DNA of 64,000 nt from an uncultured archaeon (GTDB lineage: Archaea > Thermoproteota > Bathyarchaeia > Bathyarchaeales > Bathycorpusculaceae), in contig CAWENF010000019.1 in NCBI GenBank assembly GCA_963810275.1, positions 128,001 through 192,000 of the forward strand, written 5' to 3'. The notes beneath the pieces are model-generated. The model saw only the letters and a program-made list of their open reading frames with translations, made no database searches and was not told where the DNA came from. Positions 52,028 to 62,408 of this stretch are shown here, piece after piece (positions within the stretch are counted from its first letter, which is position 1; every line of letters begins with the position of its first letter). The position numbers were made by a program, and so were the translations under genes.

Positions 52028-53508
52028 TTAGCTATGTTGTATTGCATATTTTGCGGCGCCTAAAATTAGACCATTTGTGTGTATGCTGATTCCCCCGGGT
52101 AACTTCTTTCCAGATTCGTCGATTCCATTGTGGTAGCCGAAATATGAAACGGGAAAGGCTTCCTCTAAATGCATTACCATGTTTTTGAAAAAGCTGTATT
52201 ATTTAAAGCAAGAAAACAGAATGCAGTTTTAATGTATGTTACTGGTGTCATTTCAATAGTAGTCCGATCTACTGTTTTTATGACCCATAATTCGGTCGCC
52301 ATACACTACCCATTCATAAATCCAATCACCAAAAGAAGGGCCTTCACCGAAGGCACGATATACACCTGTTTGATTGTAGAATGTTTCATGTGCTGAATAG
52401 ACTTCTTGGACAAGAGTTTCAATTTTTTCAGGACTGTTTAAGTCAAAAAGCGCTCCAAATAGAGGTTCGGTTAAAATCCGACCTTTATGTAAAGTTATAT
52501 TTCCATAAGGAATTGTTTGTGAGGATAATATGTTTATCCAAAACTGTTTCTGGGGCATTTGCCATTTCTTGCGGCCAAAAACTTGCGAAACCCGAGGCGT
52601 AAAAATATGTATAGATGCTATTAGATGATTGGCACTCCGCTTTTATACCTGGTACTAAAACAGCATAGTTAGATCTGTTTCCATAAGTCGCTGTTTCCAT
52701 ATTTGTTATATACAAAATTGTCTATTCTCGTTTCTAAGTTAGTGTCAAAGTTTTTAAGATTATTGAGGGCAACAAATAATCGTCCCGTATCAACTACATC
52801 TACCCATGGTGCGTTATCCGAGTTTTCCTCGTAATTTTCTCCTTTACTTGTGTAAAACCAGAATGGGTAATGTGTGGTTTCATTGAGGTCCCGTGTTTCC
52901 AAAAAAGTCAGAACTTTCTCTGTACGAGCGGTAGAACCTGAGGTTCCGTTTTTGTCTATTATACCTATTGTTTGTGCATCAATAATAGCCTGAATATAAA
53001 CACCTAAATCCCAATCTGTAAATGATGAAAACTCTCCGCTTGAACCGGGTAGACCTGTCTCGGGGTCGACTTGTTTCTCGAAGTAGTTCCATGCGTAGGC
53101 AGCAATTTTTTTCCAGGTAGTGCTGTTTATGTTTTGGGAGTTTTTAACTATCATATAGCTATCGTCAGTAACTGCATCTGCTATTGTATCGATAATCTGC
53201 TCAATTATGTTAGGCGATGGGTTTGGTGTTGCAGTTGGAGTTACTGTTGAGTTACTAATGGGGGCTGCGTCGGGCTCTGCGGTGGATGGATGCGGGATAT
53301 CAGGGACAGTATTGTTTTCTCGGGGATAAAAAGCAAAACAGGAAACTAAAATCGCAATCGCTAATGTCGCTCCTAGTATTACTTTTCCTCTCTTGCCAAG
53401 TTTAAAACTTCGTTTTGGCGTAGATTCTTTGGGCTGCATTACCGGGGGGACTTTAGGGTTAGTAAATATTGATGAAAACAAACTGTGATGCCCGTGCGGA
53501 TTTACCAA
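52028..53508 (-). CDS. Membrane-anchored DUF3131-like glycoside hydrolase/transglycosylase-like protein, multiply frameshifted
   Basis: N-terminal TM and Pro/Thr linker, then AWNYFEKQVDPETGL, TDWDLGVYI, DTGRLFVAL, TEP, AFGEG, YEWV, HTNGLIL across several frames. Confidence 0.65.
52675..52701. repeat. 11-bp direct repeat CTGTTTCCATA x2 with a 5-bp spacer
   Basis: Copies at 52675-52685 and 52691-52701; coincides with a frame break in the DUF3131-like gene. Confidence 0.7.
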
Positions 53509-53874
53509 GTGTTATTCCCCATCTAATGGGGACAGCTTAACATAAATAACTATTATAAAATTTCCCGTCCTCATCTACTTTGTGTGATGATGCTTAGAGA
53601 TCTTTTTAATTTAAATTTATTGAAAAATGAAGCGCTAACTCGAAATGGAACGCTTTTTTATTTTTATTATCCTCTATCTCTTTAGTGCTATTTTTTATGT
53701 TCTGTAGTTTTTAGGATTTTATATCCTTTCTTTATGTGGAGCAAGATTTCTGTTTAGATGTTCTACTGAGCTTTTAGCGTTGACTTTGTAGGGTTGCTAT
53801 TTCTCCAAGAAATATGTTAACTTCATAAATACAGATACATTGCCTGTTACTAAATTTAAAAAAATTCACTTAAC

Positions 53875-55005
53875 CTATCTTTCTTTTATCAGGTCTTCCA
53901 CGTAAGTCCAAATCTGCTTCTCAAAGCCATCCGGAGTTAAAACCCCGATTTTCTCCCAGAGTTCGCGGCGTCTGATTTCCCAAACGTTATGCGCCTCCAT
54001 GTTTTTGACGATTTTTTCTTTGAGGTCTTCGATGCTTCTCCAGCGGTACTCTTCGGGAATGAACTCACGCATACCGCCACTGTCATGCACCAAGGTAACG
54101 CAGCCGCTGGCTAAGCCTTCGACTGGTGCGATGCCAAAGTGTTCGCCTTCCATAAGATGAACATAGACTCGACTGTCATGGAGCAGTTTGAGGAGTTCGG
54201 GTCCGGGAAGATTAGTTTTGAGTGCGTAGTTTTTGGGCATATCTTTTGATAAGGTTTCGAACCATTGCTTCTCTGCTTCAATTAAGCCCCCAACACTTAC
54301 AAACTCGAACTGGGGCAAATCAGTTGCCAACCGCTTCATAATCTCGTGGCGTTTAACGGGGATGAAGCGGGCAACATACACTACTCGCTTTTTGCGCTGC
54401 GCTAATGGTTTGTCGTTCCAGAATTTCCCCAAGTTCACAGGGGGATATACGACAATGGGTTTTTTTGCGCCTTGACTGCTCCATAGCCGCATCATGTTTT
54501 CCTTGGTGTAGTTGCTGTTGCAGAAAATCAAGTCCAGTTTGCCTATGCCCTGCTCAACCCATCTTTTGAATAGCCACAGGTATAGTCTGCGTTTTTTGGT
54601 GCCGCGCTCGTAATCGAAGTGGATTTCGGGGAAATGTACGTAGGCGATGTTTTTTTTGGCTTTGTTTAGAAAAGTGGGTTCAAAGGGTGAAGATGATTGG
54701 GTGCTAAAGAGGTAGTCGTAGGTGAGTTTTTCCCGAAATTTTTTGAGTAGCCCAACGTAGTTGTGGTGACGCTTGTAAATGGTAAACGGCGGGCTTTCTT
54801 TTGTGCGTTTGCCCAGCGAGTGCACCTTAACCTGTTTTGGGAACTCTTCGCCTACGATGTTGCGGTACCGTGTCGCGTCAAATTCGAAGGTGAGCAGTTC
54901 CACTTCTTGGTTGTGGTTAACTAGGGTTTTGATAACGTTGTGGCAGACGCGTTCTCCGCCTCCGTATATGTCAAGGTAGGGGTGCACTACTAGGAACTTC
55001 GCCAA
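53875..55005 (-). CDS. ALG11-like GT4 glycosyltransferase, paralog B
   Basis: VHPYLDIYGGGERVC, YVHFPE, CNSNYT, VYPPV, ARFIPVKRHE, EHFGIAPVEGLASG, HDSGG. Confidence 0.88.
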   Translation of the reverse strand: MAKFLVVHPYLDIYGGGERVCHNVIKTLVNHNQEVELLTFEFDATRYRNIVGEEFPKQVKVHSLGKRTKESPPFTIYKRHHNYVGLLKKFREKLTYDYLFSTQSSSPFEPTFLNKAKKNIAYVHFPEIHFDYERGTKKRRLYLWLFKRWVEQGIGKLDLIFCNSNYTKENMMRLWSSQGAKKPIVVYPPVNLGKFWNDKPLAQRKKRVVYVARFIPVKRHEIMKRLATDLPQFEFVSVGGLIEAEKQWFETLSKDMPKNYALKTNLPGPELLKLLHDSRVYVHLMEGEHFGIAPVEGLASGCVTLVHDSGGMREFIPEEYRWRSIEDLKEKIVKNMEAHNVWEIRRRELWEKIGVLTPDGFEKQIWTYVEDLIKER

Positions 55006-55155
55006 GCCAATTAGCCTCCAGTATTGTGGGGGATTGAAATAACCAATCTTTGCTGTAGCTAAATAAGTTTACCTCCACTTCTGCTAGGGTAGTGTGCCTC
55101 CACACAAAATATATACAGTGCCGCATGAAGTGGATGATAGCAGGAAGGCATTAAG

Positions 55156-56559
55156 GTGAACGAAGCAACCGTCACAGTTATGAAGCCGCTTAAAGTTGTT
55201 TTTGCTGACCCTCCATTCGGGCGGGAAAGTAAAGGTGAAGCCGTCACGGAATCCCCTAACCTTGGCATTCTCTATATCATCGGCTACGCTCGCCCGCGTT
55301 TGACAAATATTGAATTTACCTACTTGGAACCATTTCTGTCTATTGAGGAGCATCTGGCTAAAGTTAAGGAACTTCAACCTGACGTTTACTGCTTCTCGTT
55401 CACCACTCCGCGCCGCGACCTCTCTTTTGAGACGCTTCGCAAAGTCAAGGGGTTGGGGTTGAACATGCTAATGGTGGCCGGAGGTGCACACCCAACCATA
55501 GACCCCAAAGACGTCCTAGAAAACACTCCAGTGGAAGTCTGCATATTGGGCGAAGGGGAAGAAACCACCGTCGAGCTATTACAGAAAATTCAAGCAGACG
55601 AAACATACACAAACGTCGTGGGAACTGTGAACAAGCAGAAAAACAACGGCGCCCGTCCCCTCCTCGAGAACATCAACTTCTTCCCCGCATGGGACATAAT
55701 CGACTTCGAAAACTATGAAGTTGCTGTAGCCAAAAAGAAACGCGTGGCGTACCTGTTGCCGATTCGGGGCTGTCCCAACTACTGCACTTACTGTAGCAAC
55801 CCAGTGTGGAAGCTTCAGAAGCCTTGGATTCGGATGCGTTCACCCAAAAACATCGCAGAGGAAGTCAACTATCTCTACGGAAGGGGAATCAGAGAGATTT
55901 ACATTCGAAGTGACACTTTTAACGTAAACTTTGAATGGTGCATGGAGACTCTGGATGAAATCGAAAAGCTCGACTTGAGAGGTATGGCATTTCAGTGTAA
56001 TCTGCGGGCAGATAAACTAAATGACCAGCTGGCAAAGAAGCTGCATGACGTCAACGTTTGGCTTGCCCACATCGGTTTAGAATCAGCCAACGACCGTGTC
56101 CTAAAGGGCATCGGCAAAAATGCGTCGCAAGCCGATAACATCCGCACACTGGAAATCCTTCGGGAACACAAAATCAAAGTCTACGGTTTCTTGATGCTCT
56201 ACAATGCTTGGGAAATCAACGGCAAACTTGAGTACGAAACTCCTGAGGAAGTCAACAACACCCTCGAATTTGCCAAGATGTGTCTGCGCGACAACCTCAT
56301 CGAGTATATTTCTTGGTCAATCACAAATCCCATCATCGGCTCTAAACTCTACCAAATAGCCAAAAAACACGGTATCGCAGCCAACAACGTCAAAATCGGC
56401 AACTGCATGAACCTTCCCGGCGTTACCGAACAACAAATGGTAGAACACGTCAAACAAGGAATGGTGCTACAACTGCTAAACGGCATACAGAAGGGCATGA
56501 TTACAAAAAAAAGCCAGAAAAGAGCCTCACAGAAAGCAGCAAAAATACTAAACATGTAA
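55156..56559 (+). CDS. Cobalamin-binding radical SAM protein (class B methyltransferase-like)
   Basis: B12-domain segments LGILYI, VAGGAHPT, GEGEETT; RGCPNYCTYC; IGLESAND. Confidence 0.88.
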   Translation: MNEATVTVMKPLKVVFADPPFGRESKGEAVTESPNLGILYIIGYARPRLTNIEFTYLEPFLSIEEHLAKVKELQPDVYCFSFTTPRRDLSFETLRKVKGLGLNMLMVAGGAHPTIDPKDVLENTPVEVCILGEGEETTVELLQKIQADETYTNVVGTVNKQKNNGARPLLENINFFPAWDIIDFENYEVAVAKKKRVAYLLPIRGCPNYCTYCSNPVWKLQKPWIRMRSPKNIAEEVNYLYGRGIREIYIRSDTFNVNFEWCMETLDEIEKLDLRGMAFQCNLRADKLNDQLAKKLHDVNVWLAHIGLESANDRVLKGIGKNASQADNIRTLEILREHKIKVYGFLMLYNAWEINGKLEYETPEEVNNTLEFAKMCLRDNLIEYISWSITNPIIGSKLYQIAKKHGIAANNVKIGNCMNLPGVTEQQMVEHVKQGMVLQLLNGIQKGMITKKSQKRASQKAAKILNM

Positions 56560-56775
56560 ATTGAGTTTTTCGTGTCTATTTTGGCTCCATGTTGGTGTAG
56601 GCAATAAACTCTGCTAACCTCGTTTTTGTGTATCGAAAAATCATAACACCAAAAAAGCAGCCGTTTCCTATTTATTATCTTCTGGTTCAGTAGGAACCGT
56701 TACAAACTTTAGCAAGAATCTATATCTTTTAGTTTTTGACAAGGTTTTTATTTTCGACGCAAAACATATTCGGTT

Positions 56776-57505
56776 ATGCCAGGTTGCCCCGACAAAGACT
56801 TCAAAGTAGATTTCGTTGTGCCCAGCCGCGACGAGGCTAACCCGACGCTGCTGCGCCAGATAAGTGAGATGCCATGTGCGGGGCAAATAATTAACACCCA
56901 TGAGAAGCCGCTTAGCATCGCCCGAAAACACGGGGTTTTAGCAGCCCATACTGAGTGGGTTGCGATGGTTGACGACGACATGCTCCTCCCCCAAGACTGG
57001 CTTAAAAAAGTCTCAGCAGAAATCGCACCTGATGTGGGCGCAATCGGAACCGTAGCCGTCCACAAAAATCCTCACGCTGCCTCCTACGAACGTATCGTCG
57101 GTACAGTCTATAACTTAAGCAAGCTTGATACTAACCCGCATATTAACAACATCCTCATTCGCCGAAAACTCATGGAGGGTTATAATCCGCCTAAACTGTT
57201 CTTTGGCGAAGACCAAGTTTTCAAACGCTACGTGAAAACGACAGGCTACAAATGGAAGGTCTTGCCTTTTTTGGGTGCTACTCACTTGGGCACCTCCAAA
57301 AATTATGTCACTATCGGTATCTCTTACCGTCGCTATGGGCACTTTCGGCTTTTACAAACTTGCACGGCGCATGGCTGCAAGGTTTTTATTCACTCCTTTC
57401 GCTGCACTCTCCACCATGAGCTTCGGCACTTTCTGTTATCTTACTCGAATTAACCTGGAGTTCATAGCAGGTTTCGTTAAGGAACTAATAACTGAAAAAC
57501 TCTGA
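56776..57505 (+). CDS. Glycosyltransferase family 2-like protein (frameshift near the 3' end)
   Basis: VDFVVPS, WVAMVDDDMLLPQDWL, FGED. Confidence 0.75.
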
Positions 57506-57563
57506 AATTGACTTTCTAAAACTAGCAAGCAAATAATTAAGTAGAAAAGAAGAAAGTTGGCTA

Positions 57564-57725
57564 CTACTTCACGATTTCTCGTTTCTTCCAGCGCAGATTC
57601 TTGTTCTTGCATTTTCTGCATTTCAACGCTGATGCAGCGTTGCGTGCTCCGCAGTCTCTGCAAATCTTCATGTACAGACGGTGCTTCTGCGCTATGGCTT
57701 TCTTAACTGGATCTAATATCGGCAT
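57564..57725 (-). CDS. rpl40e: 50S ribosomal protein L40e
   Basis: Below the ORF-track cutoff. Manual translation: MPILDPVKKAIAQKHRLYMKICRDCGARNAASALKCRKCKNKNLRWKKREIVK*. Confidence 0.93.
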   Translation of the reverse strand: MPILDPVKKAIAQKHRLYMKICRDCGARNAASALKCRKCKNKNLRWKKREIVK

Positions 57726-57827
57726 GTGATGTGTTCCTTCTGTTTAGGGTTACATTTTGATGTTTACGTCTCTGATATACCTTTTGTCTAAACCCGCCCA
57801 GTATATCCCCGTCTTGCTACTTGATTA

Positions 57828-58274
57828 CTAAATCGTGATGTAGCTTCTGGTGTCCTCTATGCCATCTATTGTGTAGAGGTTTTTTAGGATTTCATAAAGA
57901 TTCTCCCCCCACAATAATTAACGCATCAACTTCCCCTGCAATATGGAAAGCTCGAAATCTGCACACTCCTGTAGCTCGTTGTAAACTTGAATACGTTTGA
58001 TAGGCGAAATCCTGAGCAGAATAAACGCTAGCTAGTGGAGACCCTATAGATGGCTAAGCCTTTTTAGGTTAGGTCTATGAAGCCTATGCGAATGTAGCCG
58101 CTGTTTTTTGAGTTTGCGGAGGTGTTCATTAAGCGCCTGGCGGCTTACACCAAGTTGGCTTGAGAGTGTATCTTGTTTTATCCGAAAAGTGTAGGTGTTG
58201 GTGGGTTTTCCTTTTTCGAAGGGATTTTTCAATAGTTGGATTGAGTGTTTAGTTAAAGGCTGTAAAAGCGTCAC
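57828..58274 (-). pseudogene. Degraded wHTH + Lrp/AsnC-type regulator
   Basis: QDTLSSQLGVSRQALNEHLRKL HTH, then out-of-frame GYIRIGFIDL, FHIAGEVDAL and IDGIEDTRSYITI*; several breaks. Confidence 0.65.
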
Positions 58275-58500
58275 GTATGTTAATGTTTAATGAGTTAAAC
58301 ATTTACAGTAGTCGGTTGCTTAGGAATCTATGTTTAACTTGCATTTGGTACTGTGGCAAAAGCGATTTTTTGACTTATTGAGTGCTATTTAGCCATATAG
58401 AATCTTTTTGGTTGGAACATATTGTATATACCACAACATATTTATGCAGAAAAAAAGGTAAAGAAGCCAACTAAAAGTAAACTAGGAGTGAAGCGGAATC

Positions 58501-58800
58501 GTGACGGAAGCCACAGCCAGCGCAGTCTTAATTGGCAAGAAACCAATCATGAACTACGTCCTCGCTTGCATCACCTTCTTTCACGGCGGCGCCAAAGACG
58601 TCAGCATCAAAGCACGCGGAAGATCAATAAGCAGAGCCATAGACGTCGCTGAAGTGGTTAGGCACAGATTCCTCCCTGACGTGAAAATCAAAGCCATCAC
58701 AATTGGTACAGACCAGTTCCTCTCCATGGACCAAGAAGAGGAAAACAACAGTCAGGGTGGCACAAACGTGAGTACAATCGAAATCACGTTAACCCGCTAA
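58501..58800 (+). CDS. albA: DNA/RNA-binding protein Alba
   Basis: [37 protein letters not shown]. Confidence 0.93.
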   Translation: MTEATASAVLIGKKPIMNYVLACITFFHGGAKDVSIKARGRSISRAIDVAEVVRHRFLPDVKIKAITIGTDQFLSMDQEEENNSQGGTNVSTIEITLTR

Positions 58801-58846
58801 TTCACGAAGAAGCCTCGCTCCTCCTTTGCAGGAAAACCGACTCTCA

Positions 58847-59356
58847 ATGAAAACCGAACTTTGCAGTTTCTGCCTGAAAAGCGGCATATTATGCCAGAAG
58901 TGTTCAGCTAAAGTGAAGGCTGGCGAAATCAGTGACTTAGACCTGAAAATCGCCCGTTTACTGCTCAACTTAGAAGAGAAGTATCCTTCCCTGCAAAACG
59001 TCTGCTTCTATAAAGCAGTTGACGTTGAAAGAACATTAGCCATCCTCGTCGGCCACGGTGATGTACCTAAACTTTTAGGGTACGGGGGCAAAATCGTGAA
59101 AGCCATTGGTGACGAAACCCGCAAAAATGTGCGCGTACTCGAATACGGGGTTGATGATCGCAAATTCCTCGAAGACCTTTTTGTGCCGTTTAACATCTTA
59201 ACCATAAACACAATTTGGCTCCCAGACGGAACAACCGAGACCCGAGTCATCTTAAGACGTAAACGCGGAGCACAACTGCCAATGGACCTTAAAGCGCTTA
59301 AGGAAATTGCAAATAAAACACGTAACATGTCTTTACGTGTGGAAATTGCGGACTAA
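58847..59356 (+). CDS. Archaeal NusA-like KH-domain protein with an N-terminal Cys4 motif
   Basis: LCSFCLKSGILCQKC, GYGGKIVKAI, INTIWLPDGT. Confidence 0.82.
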   Translation: MKTELCSFCLKSGILCQKCSAKVKAGEISDLDLKIARLLLNLEEKYPSLQNVCFYKAVDVERTLAILVGHGDVPKLLGYGGKIVKAIGDETRKNVRVLEYGVDDRKFLEDLFVPFNILTINTIWLPDGTTETRVILRRKRGAQLPMDLKALKEIANKTRNMSLRVEIAD

Positions 59357-59362
59357 AACAGG

Positions 59363-60694
59363 GTGGCAAGCAGAATGAACTTGGACTCTATCGGCGACTG
59401 GGTTAGAAGTAATTACACTAACCAAGTTTCCCCTGACCTTGACGGCAAAGAAGTCACACTCTTTGGCTGGGTTCAAGAAGTCCGCGACTTAGGCGGTTTA
59501 CGCTTCATAATTCTCCAGGACCGCGAGGGAACAGTCCAAATCACCATCCCCAAAAAAAGTGTCTCCCCCGAAGTTTTAGCCAAATCCGATTTACTTCAGA
59601 AACGCTTCAGCTTCGCCGTCCGCGGCACCGTTAAAAAAACTAACATGACTAAACGCGGCGTCGAAGTTATCCCAATAGAAATCAAGGTTTTTAGCACTGC
59701 AACCGAGCAGCTGCCAATCGACATCACTGGCAAAACCCCAGCAAACATCGAAATCCGCTTAGACGCACGCCCACTCGACCTCACATTAGAAACCAGTTTG
59801 GCAGCGTTTAAAATCCAGCATGTCGCCCTGCAAGCAATCCGCAGCTTCTTCTATGACAAAGGCTTCATGGAAGCCCACAGCCCACGCATCATCGCCTCCG
59901 CAACAGAGGGCGGCGCCGAACTATTCTGCGTTGACTACTTCGGACAAAAAGCCTACCTCGCCCAGAGCCCACAACTCTACAAAGAAGAATTAACCCTTAG
60001 CTTTGAGAACGTGTTTGAAGTCGGACCCTTCTTCCGAGCTGAAGAATCCCACACACGACGTCATCTAAGCGAATTTACCTCAGTAGACATCGAAATGGCA
60101 TTCGAAGATGCTAACCGCGTCATGGAAGTGCTTGAGCAAGTCATAAACCACACCTTCAAAGTGGTAGCTGAGAAGTGCCAAGCTGACCTCGCACTCTTAG
60201 GCCATACCCTTGAAGTGCCCGCGCTTCCATTCAAACGCTTCACCTACACTCAGGTGCTTGAAGAACTCAAAGCACACGGCGTAGAAATCCCCTGGGGCGA
60301 AGACATCTCAACCGACGCCTTCCGCACACTGGGCGAAATCCACCCGTACTTCTACTTCGTCACTGACTGGCCAACCCACGCTAAAGCGTTTTACATCAAA
60401 CCCTCCGAGGCTGACCCTAAAATCAGCGAGGGTTTCGACTTGATGTTTGGCTACATAGAGTTGACTTCGGGCGGCACTCGTATCTGTGACAAAAACCAGC
60501 TAATCGAACGCCTACAGGAAAAGGGCTTAAACCCGGACTCGTTTAAGATGCACCTGCAAGCCTTCGACTACGGTATGCCTCCGCACGCAGGCTGGGCAAT
60601 CGGCTTAGAGCGGCTGACGATGATTTTGACGGGTATCAAGAACATCCGTGAAGTCACGTTGTATCCCAGAGACCGCGTCAGATTAACACCATAA
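59363..60694 (+). CDS. aspS: Aspartyl-tRNA synthetase (archaeal type)
   Basis: GWVQEVRDLGG, ATEGGAELF, LAQSPQLYK, FRAEESHTRRHLSE, GMPPHAGWAIGLER. Confidence 0.95.
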   Translation: MASRMNLDSIGDWVRSNYTNQVSPDLDGKEVTLFGWVQEVRDLGGLRFIILQDREGTVQITIPKKSVSPEVLAKSDLLQKRFSFAVRGTVKKTNMTKRGVEVIPIEIKVFSTATEQLPIDITGKTPANIEIRLDARPLDLTLETSLAAFKIQHVALQAIRSFFYDKGFMEAHSPRIIASATEGGAELFCVDYFGQKAYLAQSPQLYKEELTLSFENVFEVGPFFRAEESHTRRHLSEFTSVDIEMAFEDANRVMEVLEQVINHTFKVVAEKCQADLALLGHTLEVPALPFKRFTYTQVLEELKAHGVEIPWGEDISTDAFRTLGEIHPYFYFVTDWPTHAKAFYIKPSEADPKISEGFDLMFGYIELTSGGTRICDKNQLIERLQEKGLNPDSFKMHLQAFDYGMPPHAGWAIGLERLTMILTGIKNIREVTLYPRDRVRLTP

Positions 60695-60763
60695 TCCAAG
60701 CGGCCTCTCAACGGGGACTACTCCTTTATTTTCTTAGCAGCCGTCTTTTTACTTGGGTGCTTG

Positions 60764-62128
60764 TTAGTTTCCTATGTCTTTGTACGCTAAGGCGTAGAGG
60801 TCAGCTGATACATACACGTGTCCATATGCAGCTATGGGCTGAAGAAGCGAGTGGTCAAAGTGATCCGTTTTGATAGTTGATAGATTTGTTCTATTCACGA
60901 CCCATACGTCGTTTTTTATCGTTAAAAATACCGTGTTTTTAAGAATTGCCACTCCTAAAATGGGGTTGTTTTGAGTGAGCAACCCCCCTTCACCGGTTCC
61001 TCGAACCTGTGTTTTTGTTAGGTTTTGTCCTGTTTCTAAATCCATTCTATATAGTGTGCCCTCATAAGTGAAGTTGCTTGTTGACCCGATTTGGCTTGTT
61101 GTGCCCGCTGCCCAGTATATCTCTTTATTTTCTGTATCAACTACGACGGGTGAAACCCCTGTTTCTGAAGGGAAGCCATTGTTTAGCTGCGTTTGCCAAG
61201 CCAAGGTGCCGTTTGAAATGTTAAGCGCATAAAAGTATCCGTTTTTTGCCGCAAACAGCAATTGGTCACCGACTATAAGCGGTTCATAGATTGTTGCCCC
61301 GAGGTTAAAACTCCAAGCTTTAACGCCTGAGGAAATAGTTAAGGCAATTATTCTCTCCTGTGGTTGATTTCTACCCCCGAAATTCGATAGAATAACTTTG
61401 TTTTGATAGGTCAACGGTGCATTGTGGGTGTCGCCTTCGATACCCCACTGAACTGTTCCCTTGTCAGGGTCAACGCAGTAAATACCCATTTTTACTCCAT
61501 CTCCGCTGTAATATATCCCTCTGCCCAAGGTCAGTTTACCTTCAAAAGACCAAATATGTTCAGTGTATGGTATGTTAACGGGGTTTAACATCGACGGTGG
61601 GTTTGATTTCCAAAGCTCTTCTCCAGATGCGATGTAATATGCGTTACACCCATCCTGTTCAATGAATATCCGTCTGTCCGCTACAGAAAACGCTTGAGGC
61701 GGACCTTTCCAGCTGGTACTGAGCAATCCAGCATATTGCAGCATCAATTCCCCTGTGGATTCATCAAGCGCTTGTATTAAGCTACGACCGATACCTACGT
61801 AGACGACTCCGTCCTTAACCAGGATGCCGCCAGACCGCCAGCCTCCCACAATGGTTTGCCATACTACTTTGCCGTTTTGGGCATCAAAACATGTCAAGTT
61901 GCCGTAATCATCAAGAACAAAAAATTTTCCTCGTCAACTTCAATGGTGTTAGCGAACTGTTCCAGGTCAAGTTTGAATAATTCTTCAGTTGCTGTGGTGC
62001 TGTCCTGTTCTTGCAGTGGCTTGTAAGCGTTTATCAAAAAAGCTGCCAGCAATACCGCCACTTTCAAAGCAGTGGTGACTAGTATGGCTTTTTTTGGGTA
62101 CGGGGCTTTTTGGCTTGTGTTTAGCCAT
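60764..62128 (-). CDS. Membrane-anchored PQQ-like beta-propeller surface protein (frameshift near 61930)
   Basis: Repeated xDxxxGxxxW units (FDAQNGKVVW, VDPDKGTVQW, LNISNGTLAW); ATG at 62128 gives an N-terminal TM segment. Confidence 0.8.
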
Positions 62129-62408
62129 GGATGAGGTTTGAGCCTTATGGGTTATAACATTTACTTATAGCGATAAACTTGCCCATCTCTATTGGTGCTG
62201 TGTTCGCCTTTCTATCATGCACAAGAGGCTGCTGCGTGTTTTTGGGCGCTATATCTTTCTTTTGCTCGCTGATAGAAAAGTCACCTGTAACGTTTTATAA
62301 TTTTTAGCGTCAGGTTTGTTAAACTTCATTTACTTATTGCACCAGTAACCTAAAACCCTGCTATTCCCTTAACTAATTTATCCACACACTAATTCTATTG
62401 GCGATCGG

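Noticed and set aside
53510-53870. Long AT-rich intergenic region as a replication origin or CRISPR leader
   Set aside because: No ORB-like repeats, no cdc6 gene and no repeat-spacer array seen.
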